Of a stretch of 64,000 nucleotides of DNA, positions 40,612 through 49,186 are shown in pieces. Below the pieces are notes generated by a model. That model made no database searches. It saw only the letters and a list, made by a program, of their open reading frames with translations, and was not told where the DNA came from. The stretch's first letter is position 1; every line of letters begins with the position of its first letter. The translations under genes and the position numbers were made by a program. The stretch spans positions 224,001 to 288,000 of the forward strand of contig CAVWIP010000015.1 of the NCBI GenBank assembly GCA_963755125.1, given 5' to 3'. This DNA comes from an uncultured delta proteobacterium. Its GTDB lineage: Bacteria; Myxococcota_A; Polyangia; Fen-1088.

Positions 40612-41138
40612 CTGATCCTACGGCGAATGCCCCTTCGTTCCGTCCGCCAGCCTGGCTACGGACGGCATTGATTGGCCGTAGACCCAAACGAACGCTAGCG
40701 CGCATTGTGGTGCTGGTGGCTGCCGTCCTTCTCGCTCGCGCCTACGTGGTGCTTCCCATCCATGTGAGAGGGACCAGCATGCTCCCCACCTACCAGGATG
40801 GGGGTGTCAACCTGGTGAACCGTCTCGCCTACGCCCGGTCCGAGCCGACACGCGGCGATGTTGTGGCCATCCGCCTGGCCGGACAAAGCGTGATGTACCT
40901 GAAACGGGTGGTCGGTCTACCTGGCGATACCGTCGCGTTTCACAAGGGCCACCTGCTCATCAACGGCGAGGTCATCGCAGAACCCTACCTGAATCCCGGT
41001 TCTGACTGGGAGATACCGCCAGAAACGCTCGCACCGGGCTTGTACTATGTTGTCGGGGACAATCGCTCGATGCCGGAAAAGCTGCACGAAAAGGGCAAGA
41101 CTTCCAAACAACGCATCGTTGGAAGGGTTCTCTGGTGA
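40608..41138 (+). CDS. lepB: Signal peptidase I
   Basis: GTSMLPT (catalytic Ser), YLKRVVGLPGD (Lys), VVGDNR boxes. Confidence 0.88.
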   Translation: MTDPTANAPSFRPPAWLRTALIGRRPKRTLARIVVLVAAVLLARAYVVLPIHVRGTSMLPTYQDGGVNLVNRLAYARSEPTRGDVVAIRLAGQSVMYLKRVVGLPGDTVAFHKGHLLINGEVIAEPYLNPGSDWEIPPETLAPGLYYVVGDNRSMPEKLHEKGKTSKQRIVGRVLW

Positions 41139-41170
41139 AGAAACCCGTTCGCCTCATTCTCGCCGCGGCT

Positions 41171-41296
41171 CTCTTCGATTCTGACCGCCGCGTTGGTCGG
41201 CTCAACGCCGTCCTCGACCGCATCCACGACAAGTTCGGCTCGGCTGCGGTGACCACGGCAGACTTGCACGCAGCACCAGGCAGGAAACGGGAATAG
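41171..41296 (+). pseudogene. C-terminal fragment of a Y-family polymerase (DinB-like)
   Basis: LFD...RLNAVLDRIHDKFGSAAVTTA tail motif. Confidence 0.55.
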
Positions 41297-41331
41297 ATGA
41301 CGACCCTTCTTCTTTTCCGCGCTGTGCTGAG

Positions 41332-41400
41332 TTAGCTATGTCCGTTTGAATTGATGGCGGCCCCGCAAACCTGGGTCACGCGTAGTAGGGGGTAGGGTGG
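41332..41400 (+). repeat. Backbone repeat family A copy
   Basis: GAGTTAGCTATG.CCG...GGCCCC...AACCTGGG.CAC...GGGGGTAGGG. Confidence 0.65.
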
Positions 41401-41504
41401 GTCGGCCTGGTGGTCCGTGTTCCACTGCAGGCGGGCTGCGTCCTTGCCGGTCGCCTGGCCGAGTCGCGGGTGGGTCGGCTTGGTGGTCTGTGTTCCACTG
41501 CAGG
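41395..41504. repeat. Two 37-bp direct repeats separated by 36 bp
   Basis: GGGTGGGTCGGC(C/T)TGGTGGTC(C/T)GTGTTCCACTGCAGG at 41395 and 41468. Confidence 0.8.
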
Positions 41505-41534
41505 GGCATCGCACGACCGACGCTGGCCCGATGC

Positions 41535-42053
41535 CTACTTCCCCGATTTCTCCTTGCGGGCGAACACGGCCTTGCATGGCCCGGAAAGCTCGGCTTCATG
41601 GGACTTCAAGCAGGCCAGGATGCGTCCGCCACCGGGCTGTATGCCCTGGCAGAGCTTCTCTACGTCCTCCTTGCACGCTTCATGAACTTCGCGAACAGCG
41701 GCCTCCACCCTCTCGACCAGTTTCTGGCAAGCGGCGGCCAACTCGCTCTCGTGCGACTTCAGACAGGCAGCGATGCGGCCACCACCGGGCTTGATCCCAT
41801 TGCAGAATTTATCGGCGTCTGGCTGGCACGCCTCCTTGATCTTCTCGATTTTCGCCTCCTCGGCCACCAGCTTCTCCTTGCACGCAGGCGACAGATTGCT
41901 CTCGTGCGACTTCAGACACGCGATGATGCGCCCACCACCGGGTGGGATGTCCTTGCAGAGCCTCTCCACATCGGGCCTGCAGGCATCCTCGGCGCGGGCG
42001 GAAAATGGCAGCACGAAAAGCGACAACGCGACGACAACCAAAGAGCTTCGCAT
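41535..42053 (-). CDS. Secreted protein with three Cys-rich (GLG1/Cys_rich_FGFR-like) repeats
   Basis: Signal peptide; 3x CxxDxxxLCxxIxPGGGRIxACLKSHExxLSxxC. Confidence 0.88.
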   Translation of the reverse strand: MRSSLVVVALSLFVLPFSARAEDACRPDVERLCKDIPPGGGRIIACLKSHESNLSPACKEKLVAEEAKIEKIKEACQPDADKFCNGIKPGGGRIAACLKSHESELAAACQKLVERVEAAVREVHEACKEDVEKLCQGIQPGGGRILACLKSHEAELSGPCKAVFARKEKSGK

Positions 42054-42058
42054 CGATC

Positions 42059-42442
42059 CTATTTCCCGGCCGGATGCTTCTCGTCGTGGATCAGCTTGCT
42101 ATTGGCGTTCTCTTCCTGGTTGAGCTGGCGCTGCTCGGCCTTGGTCAGGTGGCCGCCGTTGGCCTTGACGTCGGCGTGCTCCTGGGCCTTGATCGCTCGG
42201 TCGTTTGAGCGCAGCTGCTTCGCCTGAGCCTTGTTGATTTCGCCGCTCTTTACGCCCTCGTTGATGCGAGCGCGCTGATTATCAACGCGCTTGTTGACTT
42301 GATTGCGGCGTGGATGGTCGGTGGCGAACTTGCTGCCCGGAGCGCCCGTAGGGTTGCCCTTGCCCTTCGCATGGACGGCGGGCGACGCCAGCAGCAGCGA
42401 AGCGAACAGAGCGAACAGCGTCTTCTTCAGCGTTGAATACAT
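42059..42442 (-). CDS. Secreted helical protein (HPRRxQVNxR type)
   Basis: Signal peptide; HPRRNQVNKR...GHLTKAEQRQLNQEEN. Confidence 0.8.
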   Translation of the reverse strand: MYSTLKKTLFALFASLLLASPAVHAKGKGNPTGAPGSKFATDHPRRNQVNKRVDNQRARINEGVKSGEINKAQAKQLRSNDRAIKAQEHADVKANGGHLTKAEQRQLNQEENANSKLIHDEKHPAGK

Positions 42443-42570
42443 GGATCCTCCCCTTGAACTTGACGGCATTGATGGAGAGTTTGCCTTCCCGCGGCATCGC
42501 GGTCAAGGTGATTCTAGGCACGCCCCGGGCAACACTAGATAGGTCGTTCTGGTGTCGAAAAGTGCCGCCA

Positions 42571-42594
42571 GATCCCCCACTTGATCCCCCACTT
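42571..42594. repeat. Perfect 12-bp tandem repeat GATCCCCCACTT, putative arm-type site
   Basis: About 90 bp left of the att copy. Confidence 0.55.
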
Positions 42595-42683
42595 GTGCGT
42601 GGCGGAGCATGGCGCTCCCTGACCCTGTGTGACGGTAAGTCCCCGCCACGACACGATTCTCCGTCGGAGATTTTGGGCTGCTT

Positions 42684-42740
42684 CAGATTCAGGTTCTGGT
42701 GGTAGTAATACTGTGGGAGTTCAAATCTCCCCGACCGCAC
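42684..42740 (+). repeat. att site: duplicated 3' 57 bp of tRNA-Leu (non-functional partial tRNA)
   Basis: Identical to 1013-1069; starts in the anticodon stem. Confidence 0.95.
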
Positions 42741-42744
42741 GAGT

Positions 42745-42771
42745 AACCCACGGAGTTCACGGGTTTTTTTT
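42745..42771 (+). terminator. Putative intrinsic terminator after the att/tRNA 3' end
   Basis: AACCC...GGGTT stem followed by a T-run. Confidence 0.45.
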
Positions 42772-42816
42772 GCTCGCAGCGAAATGTGCTGCGTCTATCT
42801 CGGCCAGATCTGCCGT

Positions 42817-42849
42817 TGGTGCCAAATTGGTACCAATTTCAGGTACCAG
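42817..42849. repeat. Three (T/A)GGT(A/G)CCA repeats, putative arm-type sites
   Basis: Copies at 42817, 42828 and 42841, in the position equivalent to 1135-1166. Confidence 0.5.
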
Positions 42850-42876
42850 TCATGACACCAGACAGATCATCTGGTG

Positions 42877-43893
42877 TCAGTTCGGAGCCAGCGCGGCTGT
42901 GGCCCGCTGGTGGTCGTTCTGCTCGGCCAGGTTCACGTCGGCGTAGTGTTTGAAGGTCGTGCTCACCGACTCGTGGCCGAGAGCCTGAGACACCGCCAGT
43001 GGCGTCGATGCCGCCACCAGCGCTAGGTCGCTGTGCGTGCCGCGCAGACCGTGGGGCGACACCTTTGGAACCCCGGCCGCTTCGCAGATTTGGCCAACTT
43101 GGCGATGGAGCCAGGTACGGTCGCGCGCAACCAGCAGATCATTGGGCTGCTTGTTCTTGGCCAGGGCTTGCAGGTGTGGCTTGAACCAGTCAGGTACCTG
43201 CAGGCTGCGGATGCCGGCCCGGCTCTTGGACTTGGTCACGCGCGGGATTGCACCCTGGTCATCCAGATCGCGCACCTGGCGCTCGGTCACCTCGGAGGCC
43301 CTGAGCCCGAATACTAGGGGCATCGCTGCTGCCACGGCCGCCACCTGTTGCTTCTCACCGCCACCACCGGCAAGTTCAAGGCACTTCGCCAGGAACTTTC
43401 TCGCCTCGTCGCATGAGAGCTTGGCCTTGCCATAGTGTCTGCGGCCTTCGCCCTTCACTCCTTCCAGTGGGTGGACCAGAGTTATCCCCCTGGCTCTGGC
43501 GAACTGGAAGAAGGTCTTGGCCTCGGCCAACGTGTTCATGCGTGAGTCCACCCCGCCCGTGAAGCCGAGGTAGAGTTCCTTGGCCTTGGCCGGCGTGATG
43601 GTAGCGATGGGTTGGTCAATGGTTGGCCCGAAAAGCCGAGTCAGGCGGTAGACCGTGGTTTCGATGGAGCGGTCCTTCAGGCCCCGGTCCTTCTTCATGT
43701 AGTCCGCGTACGTGTTGATGGCTTGCTGGACCGTGATGCCATGCTGTCGCGCAATCTCTCGTCAGAGCCGTCTGGCCTCGGCCTTGGCGTCGATCTCCGT
43801 GGTGAAACTGATGACCTTGGCCGGCTTCCCTCTTTCCCGTACGCGGATGCGGAATCGCTTTCCATGTGTGTATGGTCCGTCGATCTTGGGCAT
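42877..43893 (-). pseudogene. Tyrosine recombinase/integrase with an in-frame premature TGA
   Basis: GLRASE, HGLR, LGH, KHY catalytic motifs; upstream MPKIDGPYTHGKRFRIRV is in the same frame but cut by a stop at 43762-43764. Confidence 0.9.
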
Positions 43894-44034
43894 GTCCTTG
43901 TCCCTTTCGGTTGTGGACACGCCACCCGGAACGTCGTCGACTATGGAGCTGTCATAGAGCGATCTAGCTCCATGAGCGTCCCCGGCTGAGTCGGCAGATG
44001 CAAGGGCTTTGATGACAGCCGTCAGGGCTTCCGC

Positions 44035-44240
44035 TGGAAGACCGTCTACCACTACTTCCGGTGTTGGCGCCTCGACGGCACCTGGAAGCGAATCCATGAC
44101 CAGCTCCGCGGAGACGTTCGGCAGGCCGCTGGTCGCAATCGGCAACCGAGCGCAGCCATCATCGACAGTCAGTCGGTCAAGACGACGGAAAGGGGGGCCG
44201 CACGGCTACGATGCGGGCAAGAAAATCAATGGGCGCAAGA
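44035..44240 (+). pseudogene. Internal fragment of an IS5-family (IS1031-like) transposase
   Basis: [25 protein letters not shown]...[13 protein letters not shown] / [12 protein letters not shown]. Confidence 0.85.
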
Positions 44241-44251
44241 ACTCCCTCATG

Positions 44252-44449
44252 CGCGGCGAAAAGATCGAAATTCGCGGCTTTGGCAGCTTCACCGTGCGCC
44301 AGTACCGCGCCTACGACGGCCGCAACCCGCGCACCGGTGCAGTCGTTCCCGTCAAGCCCAAGCGTCTGGCCTTCTTCAAGGTGGGCAAGAAGCTGCGGGA
44401 GGGGGTGAACAATGGGCAGCAGTCGACGGAAAGAGCAGCAGGTGCGTAG
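44252..44449 (+). pseudogene. ihfB: IHF beta-like gene, 3' half only
   Basis: [13 protein letters not shown]...RNPRTG...[11 protein letters not shown] fused to the IS fragment. Confidence 0.85.
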
Positions 44450-44542
44450 TCCGAACAAGCGCCATTTTGCCTCCACCGAATCACATCCGCAAAATGTCTG
44501 ATAGAAGAATGTTACGTCAACTGCAGAGACCTACACGCCACG

Positions 44543-44562
44543 TATGTCGGCGGGTGAAAAAA
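44543..44562 (+). repeat. Short family A fragment
   Basis: ATGTCGGCGGGTGAAAAA identical to the 27391 copy. Confidence 0.55.
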
Positions 44563-44644
44563 CGGTCATGAAACCCGGCATAAGGGTGATGGTGATGGCG
44601 ATGTCAGGTAGGCGAGTTCAGCCGGACAGGCAAAGATAGGCAGC

Positions 44645-45067
44645 TCATCTAGCCCGGGGCATGTTCTTGTAGCAGTTGTCCGTGGTCATCGTGGCGTTCA
44701 GTTGGGTGGAGGTAGCCACAAATCGAATCGAGTCCCAGCGGTCCTTGCTGCGCACTGCACGCCAGTGTAGCTGGCCAACCCACTCACCGAAGTCGGTAAC
44801 TTCGAGCCGAATGATTTCCTCACCAACCGAGTAGCCGAAAACACCCGCCTTGCCCAGGTTGGAAATGCGTCCTGTGGCCTTGTTCCCATCCACGCTGAAC
44901 TCGACAACCATTCCAGCCATCTCCTCGCATGTCACAGACCAGCTGCCGGAAATGGGGCCGGGAGCTTTCTGCCATGGATAGTGTCTCCCCTCCGCCATGG
45001 CAGCAGTCGCAACGGCTGTCCCGAGAAGAAGCAGCGACACACCCAATATCCGTTTAGAAATCAGCAT
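44645..45067 (-). CDS. Secreted hypothetical protein
   Basis: Signal MLISKRILGVSLLLLGTAVATAAMA. Confidence 0.7.
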   Translation of the reverse strand: MLISKRILGVSLLLLGTAVATAAMAEGRHYPWQKAPGPISGSWSVTCEEMAGMVVEFSVDGNKATGRISNLGKAGVFGYSVGEEIIRLEVTDFGEWVGQLHWRAVRSKDRWDSIRFVATSTQLNATMTTDNCYKNMPRAR

Positions 45068-45199
45068 GAACCACCTCGGTTGTTGGAACTCTCGTCTGGA
45101 CCGCAGACTACACCCGGGAGATCGAAAGTCCATGCCTCTCTCCTGGCGCCTTCCTTTTCGTGTTGGATTCACCCGAAGGTCTTCGCCGTTGTTCATGCC

Positions 45200-45364
45200 T
45201 TGACCGCAGCCCCCACTGCCGCTGCTTGTGCTACCTGCCTGGCCCCCGCTTGCCATTGCTCCATCACCTGGTGGACCAGTCAGGCTGCTACACGCCAGTC
45301 CCATCAGGCCAGCTACGAAAAGGGCTGTGACACTCGTTGACATCTTGAACATGGGAACGAATAT
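45200..45364 (-). pseudogene. 5' remnant of an 'MFK'-family lipoprotein
   Basis: (I)FVPMFKMSTSVTALFVAGLMGLACSS...ASGGQAGST; first ATG appears as ATA; truncated after the linker. Confidence 0.7.
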
Positions 45365-45414
45365 GGCTCACAGGTAGCGGGGCTTGGTATGTTGATGTGC
45401 CCGTCGGCGTCTCA

Positions 45415-46158
45415 TCAAATGTCACCTGCCGGAAGCCGGCATATCGTGGTGCAGTACATGTAGCTGCCTGCCGGACAGTTGCAACCTACGGAAGGTAACG
45501 GACAACTGGCGTTCACTGGGTTCCCTTGGGTATCCAAGCACATGCCGTTCAGGTTGCCCACATCGCACCATTCGCCATATTGGTCGTCGATAACGCCATC
45601 ACCACAACAGGGTTTCCTTCCCGCATCACCTCCATCAGCAGATGCGTCCGGGGGCTCAAGAACGCCAGCATCTGTCCAGGTGCCACTGCAGATGCCGCCA
45701 TACGGACTCGCAGAGCTGTTGCATGTGATCGATTGCGCACACAAGTACTTGGTGTAGCAGGGACTTGGGTACCCGACACAGTCTGGGCCCCCCTGCTGCG
45801 TCTGTGTGTCACCAGGATTGCAGGACAGAGGATCATCGCAATGCACACCATCAGGCAACAGACAAAGTACCGGTCCGCAGCTACTCTGCACGGTGTAGCA
45901 CTCCCGTTCTGGAGGACACAATCCGGAGGAGTCTAATCCCGGCCCCGCAGTTACCTGTTGGTCGCCCGTGTTACAGGGGGCAGGGGAACCGGACAGATTG
46001 ACAGTGATACACGTAGGCGTAGCACCGTCCGGTGCACCTTGGCTAGGGTTCCTATAACCGACTGGGCCACCTTGGCTACATGCCGCTAAGGTGATGGCGA
46101 GTGCCAGGCCTATGCCGGCTACGAAGAGAGCTGTCACAGCCCTTGACATCTTGAACAT
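45415..46158 (-). CDS. 'MFK'-family Cys-rich lipoprotein
   Basis: LAAC lipobox; colinear paralog of 38619-39332. Confidence 0.85.
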   Translation of the reverse strand: MFKMSRAVTALFVAGIGLALAITLAACSQGGPVGYRNPSQGAPDGATPTCITVNLSGSPAPCNTGDQQVTAGPGLDSSGLCPPERECYTVQSSCGPVLCLLPDGVHCDDPLSCNPGDTQTQQGGPDCVGYPSPCYTKYLCAQSITCNSSASPYGGICSGTWTDAGVLEPPDASADGGDAGRKPCCGDGVIDDQYGEWCDVGNLNGMCLDTQGNPVNASCPLPSVGCNCPAGSYMYCTTICRLPAGDI

Positions 46159-46222
46159 TTGGTCCTCCGTTTGCTCAGCCGGTGAGTGCCAAGCTGGATT
46201 CCATGGGGATAGGCTCAGCCTG

Positions 46223-46558
46223 TCAGTCCATTTCTCCGTCTATCATTCCCGCATCCACATCGGCATCTTGGGCAACGGCATGTACACCAGCGTCTGGGAG
46301 AGCTGCATCTATGCTGACGGCCGGAACATACATGTCTACACCAGCATCCGGCCATACGGCAGGGCCCCCATGCGGAACAATGGTTCGCAGGTCTGCACCC
46401 GCTTCTGGCAGCATAGGAGGGGCCCCGTATGGAGGAGTCACATCCGAGCCGCATCCACTGAGCCCCAGGCTCAATCCCACCGATGCAGGAATGATCAGCT
46501 CCCGTGCTGTCCTCGTGAGAAAGCCCTCGATGCGCTGCCTGACATCCTGTTCCTTCAT
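46223..46558 (-). CDS. Small lipoprotein with a PYGAPP motif and DAGV repeats
   Basis: MKEQDVRQRIEGFL...GLSLGLSGC; PPYGAPP; repeated (P)DAGV. Confidence 0.75.
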   Translation of the reverse strand: MKEQDVRQRIEGFLTRTARELIIPASVGLSLGLSGCGSDVTPPYGAPPMLPEAGADLRTIVPHGGPAVWPDAGVDMYVPAVSIDAALPDAGVHAVAQDADVDAGMIDGEMD

Positions 46559-46676
46559 GACCCCGGGAACATGGTACCGCTTTTCAGGTGCACGGGATGC
46601 AGGAAGCCGCAGACACACCCGGCTGATGCATCTTGGAACGCTATGTCAAAGCCGACACCGGCTTGGTGTGCTGACC

Positions 46677-46991
46677 ATGCTCGGCAACTCGATCATCTTC
46701 CTGACGTCGGTCAACATCGACCCGATGGTGTGCATCAAGGACTGGCTCGCCGCTCACCCACGGTTCCTGTTCCACTTCACGCCCACGCATGGTTTCTGGC
46801 TCAACCAGGTCGAGCAGTGGTTTCAGCAGCTCTCTGCCAAGGTCTTGCGTCGAGGCGTGTTCAATTCCACGGATGAGCTACACTCGGCGATTATGGTGTT
46901 CATATCCCGCTGGGACGCCAATCCCCATCGGTTCAACCGGGGTTACGGCGCCGAGTTCCTTGACGAACAGGTCCTTCACCATGCGGCATGA
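46677..46991 (+). CDS. Short ORF derived from an IS630-family transposase C-terminus
   Basis: WLAAHPRFLFHFTPTHGFWLNQVEQWF...RRGVFNS..EL. Confidence 0.75.
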   Translation: MLGNSIIFLTSVNIDPMVCIKDWLAAHPRFLFHFTPTHGFWLNQVEQWFQQLSAKVLRRGVFNSTDELHSAIMVFISRWDANPHRFNRGYGAEFLDEQVLHHAA

Positions 46992-47392
46992 CATCCCCTC
47001 AACAACTTCTGGCCGGCGGCACTAGCAATCGCCAGCCCCTACCAGCGTCTGGTGCAAAAGGCGACCGCCAACAGCGACGGTTCCGCCGACGTCCACGATT
47101 GCAGCAGCATCGGGGTAGAGCAGCTACAGTGTCTATGCCAGCAAGGCCATGCAGACCAGTCCACCCTCATTGCCGGCACGTGGATCGGAGAGAAACCGCC
47201 TTCCGCTGCCCCGTCATGCGGCATCATCTCGCTCTGCGTCGGGAAACAGTTGGAACGGATGACCGCTTGACAAACCGCACGGGCCAGCAGGGTGTTCATC
47301 CCTGGGCCACGGAGAGGCTGCGCAGGCTGATGCCGGCGCGCCGGGGATTCTGTGTTAGAAGACCAAAATTGCGCGTGACAAGCCGACAGAAG

Positions 47393-48379
47393 ATGAGACG
47401 TCTTCATCTGCCAGTTTGGCTCGTTCTCCTCGCAGTTACGGCCGACGCGCTCGCCCAAGAAGACGAGCCCGGTGTGGCACCGCCTTCCGCAGCAGGACCG
47501 GCCGCGGCGGCCAAGTCAATCGCCCCGCCCGGCATAGACTATCCCGCCTTGCAGGCACTGGGCGGCGTCACTGCGCTCTACATAGATCAGACCTACGAGA
47601 CCAGCGACGATCTGTCGACGTTCTACTGGGTTCAGGGCCACGCCAGCGGTTATCGGCTTGCCGTGGGCGGCAGTCTTCGGCTCGGCGCATTTCAAGCAAA
47701 CCTCGAGCTGCCCGCATTGCTCACGCGTCTTTCCATAGACAGCTTGGGCTCGTCGCCGCCGATTCCGGCCGATCGGCAGAAATCCTCGTTCTCCCTGGGA
47801 GACGCGGTCGGCGGCGGCAGCTATGCCTGGCAACTTCCCATTGACTCGGTCACGGCGCTCGTCGGCCTGGGCATGCGCTTCCGCTTGCCGACGCATACCA
47901 TGGCCTACAGCTTCCAACTCGTCGGTGGAAATCCCTACTCATTCGGTTTCCCGTACTACTTCCACTTGGCTCCTGCAAGCCTACTTCTCGTGTCCTACGG
48001 CGCTCTCTCTTTCACGATGAACCAGGGCCTTCTGGCTATGCTGGCAAAGAACACCACACTGCTGGGCCTGCCTTTGAACATCCCAAACGTCTTCTTCTGG
48101 GAATCGCACTACGCCCTGTCCCTCGTACCGGTTGACTGGCTGGGGCTTTCTTTCGAACTTATCAATTGCATTCAGCTCAGTCACGTCGGGGACCAAAACT
48201 TTCAAGATCTGAACCACCTGAAGGCCTTCTACCTCGATCCAGCTTTGACGTTTGACCTCGGGTCCTACCGGATTGCGTTGGCGGGACGATTCGGGCTTGG
48301 CAAAGACACCCAGAGATTCGGCGTTATCACGTTTTCCGGATCGCGGGCTCTGCTCGTGCGCGTGTCCTATGTGTTCTAG
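47393..48379 (+). CDS. Outer-membrane beta-barrel-like protein
   Basis: Signal peptide ending ALA; beta-strand pattern; C-terminal VSYVF. Confidence 0.75.
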   Translation: MRRLHLPVWLVLLAVTADALAQEDEPGVAPPSAAGPAAAAKSIAPPGIDYPALQALGGVTALYIDQTYETSDDLSTFYWVQGHASGYRLAVGGSLRLGAFQANLELPALLTRLSIDSLGSSPPIPADRQKSSFSLGDAVGGGSYAWQLPIDSVTALVGLGMRFRLPTHTMAYSFQLVGGNPYSFGFPYYFHLAPASLLLVSYGALSFTMNQGLLAMLAKNTTLLGLPLNIPNVFFWESHYALSLVPVDWLGLSFELINCIQLSHVGDQNFQDLNHLKAFYLDPALTFDLGSYRIALAGRFGLGKDTQRFGVITFSGSRALLVRVSYVF

Positions 48380-48413
48380 CGCCGCCCGACGATGCTGTAG
48401 ACTAGAGCGCTGC

Positions 48414-48833
48414 ATGTTCCGCTACATCTCCGGCCTGCTCCTGCTCTTGTTTGCGGCCTCCTGCCAGCAGAGTGGAACTGGTTCGACCGATGCACAGATC
48501 CATGATGGGGGGGCGGACGCTTTCGTGCTCAGCCTGCCGGTCGGCTGTCCGCCCGACGCGGGCAACGAGATCGGCATCGGCAAGCCATGCAGCCAGAGTG
48601 GCAACGAGTGCGGGAGCGGTCTGCTCTGTACCTGTGGCAACTTTGGCGTTACCTTGCCCGCCAACATGCCCTGCCTCTGCACCAACGCGATAGCGAGCGC
48701 GAGTTGTCCGGCCAATCCAAACTGCGGGAACAACGCAACCTGCTGCACCATCCTCGGTGTGGTGAGCGGCTGCATCCCAAATGTTTGCCTGGTCACCATC
48801 CAGCAGGGCGGGGCTCAATGCCTATTTCAGTAA
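48414..48833 (+). CDS. Small Cys-rich lipoprotein
   Basis: Lipobox AASC; GNEIGIGKPC motif; co-oriented with the upstream barrel gene. Confidence 0.8.
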   Translation: MFRYISGLLLLLFAASCQQSGTGSTDAQIHDGGADAFVLSLPVGCPPDAGNEIGIGKPCSQSGNECGSGLLCTCGNFGVTLPANMPCLCTNAIASASCPANPNCGNNATCCTILGVVSGCIPNVCLVTIQQGGAQCLFQ

Positions 48834-49098
48834 GAACGTGTCAGCGCCCGACGTGTCGTCTCTATTGATCGACGCGGTCTTGGCCGCTACACCGTAGGAT
48901 TGGAAGCGACGTCGCCAAGCGCTGGTTTTGGTGCCCGTGGAGCGCAGCTACCGCCTGAAGTGCGGGGTGAACTGGTTCGACGAACGTCCGTCCAGTGTCA
49001 AAAGGGATCGGAGAGACGCAACGGGAATCCGGGTGGTCAGCGACGACGCCGTTGACCTTGTGAAGATCGCGGAAAAGTGTAAAAGCCAAACCGTATCC

Positions 49099-49156
49099 AT
49101 GATCAAAGCCGACCTCATCACCGTCATCGCCGACAAGCTCAAGTTCCCCTGGGCGT
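49099..49156 (+). pseudogene. ihfB: IHF beta-like 5' fragment
   Basis: MIKADLITVIADKLKFPWA with the same ~55-bp upstream sequence as 14616 and 30424. Confidence 0.8.
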
Positions 49157-49186
49157 CTTCACCCTGATCTGCTAGAAAACCAGCCA

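Larger units (their letters stand above)
1013..42740. mobile_element. Composite genomic island at tRNA-Leu, bounded by 57-bp direct repeats (att sites)
   Basis: 1013-1069 is identical to 42684-42740; an integrase remnant lies next to the tRNA; content is accessory. Confidence 0.85.

Noticed and set aside
41395..41504. CRISPR array
   Set aside because: Only two repeats, no leader or cas genes, and the repeat lacks typical CRISPR termini; kept only as an unexplained direct repeat.
42684..42740. Second functional tRNA-Leu
   Set aside because: Lacks the 5' acceptor strand, D-arm and complete CCA; it is an att duplication.
44645..45352. Single 235-aa lipoprotein
   Set aside because: Better explained as a chance in-frame join of a truncated MFK-family 5' end with a separate secreted gene that has its own signal peptide at 45067.
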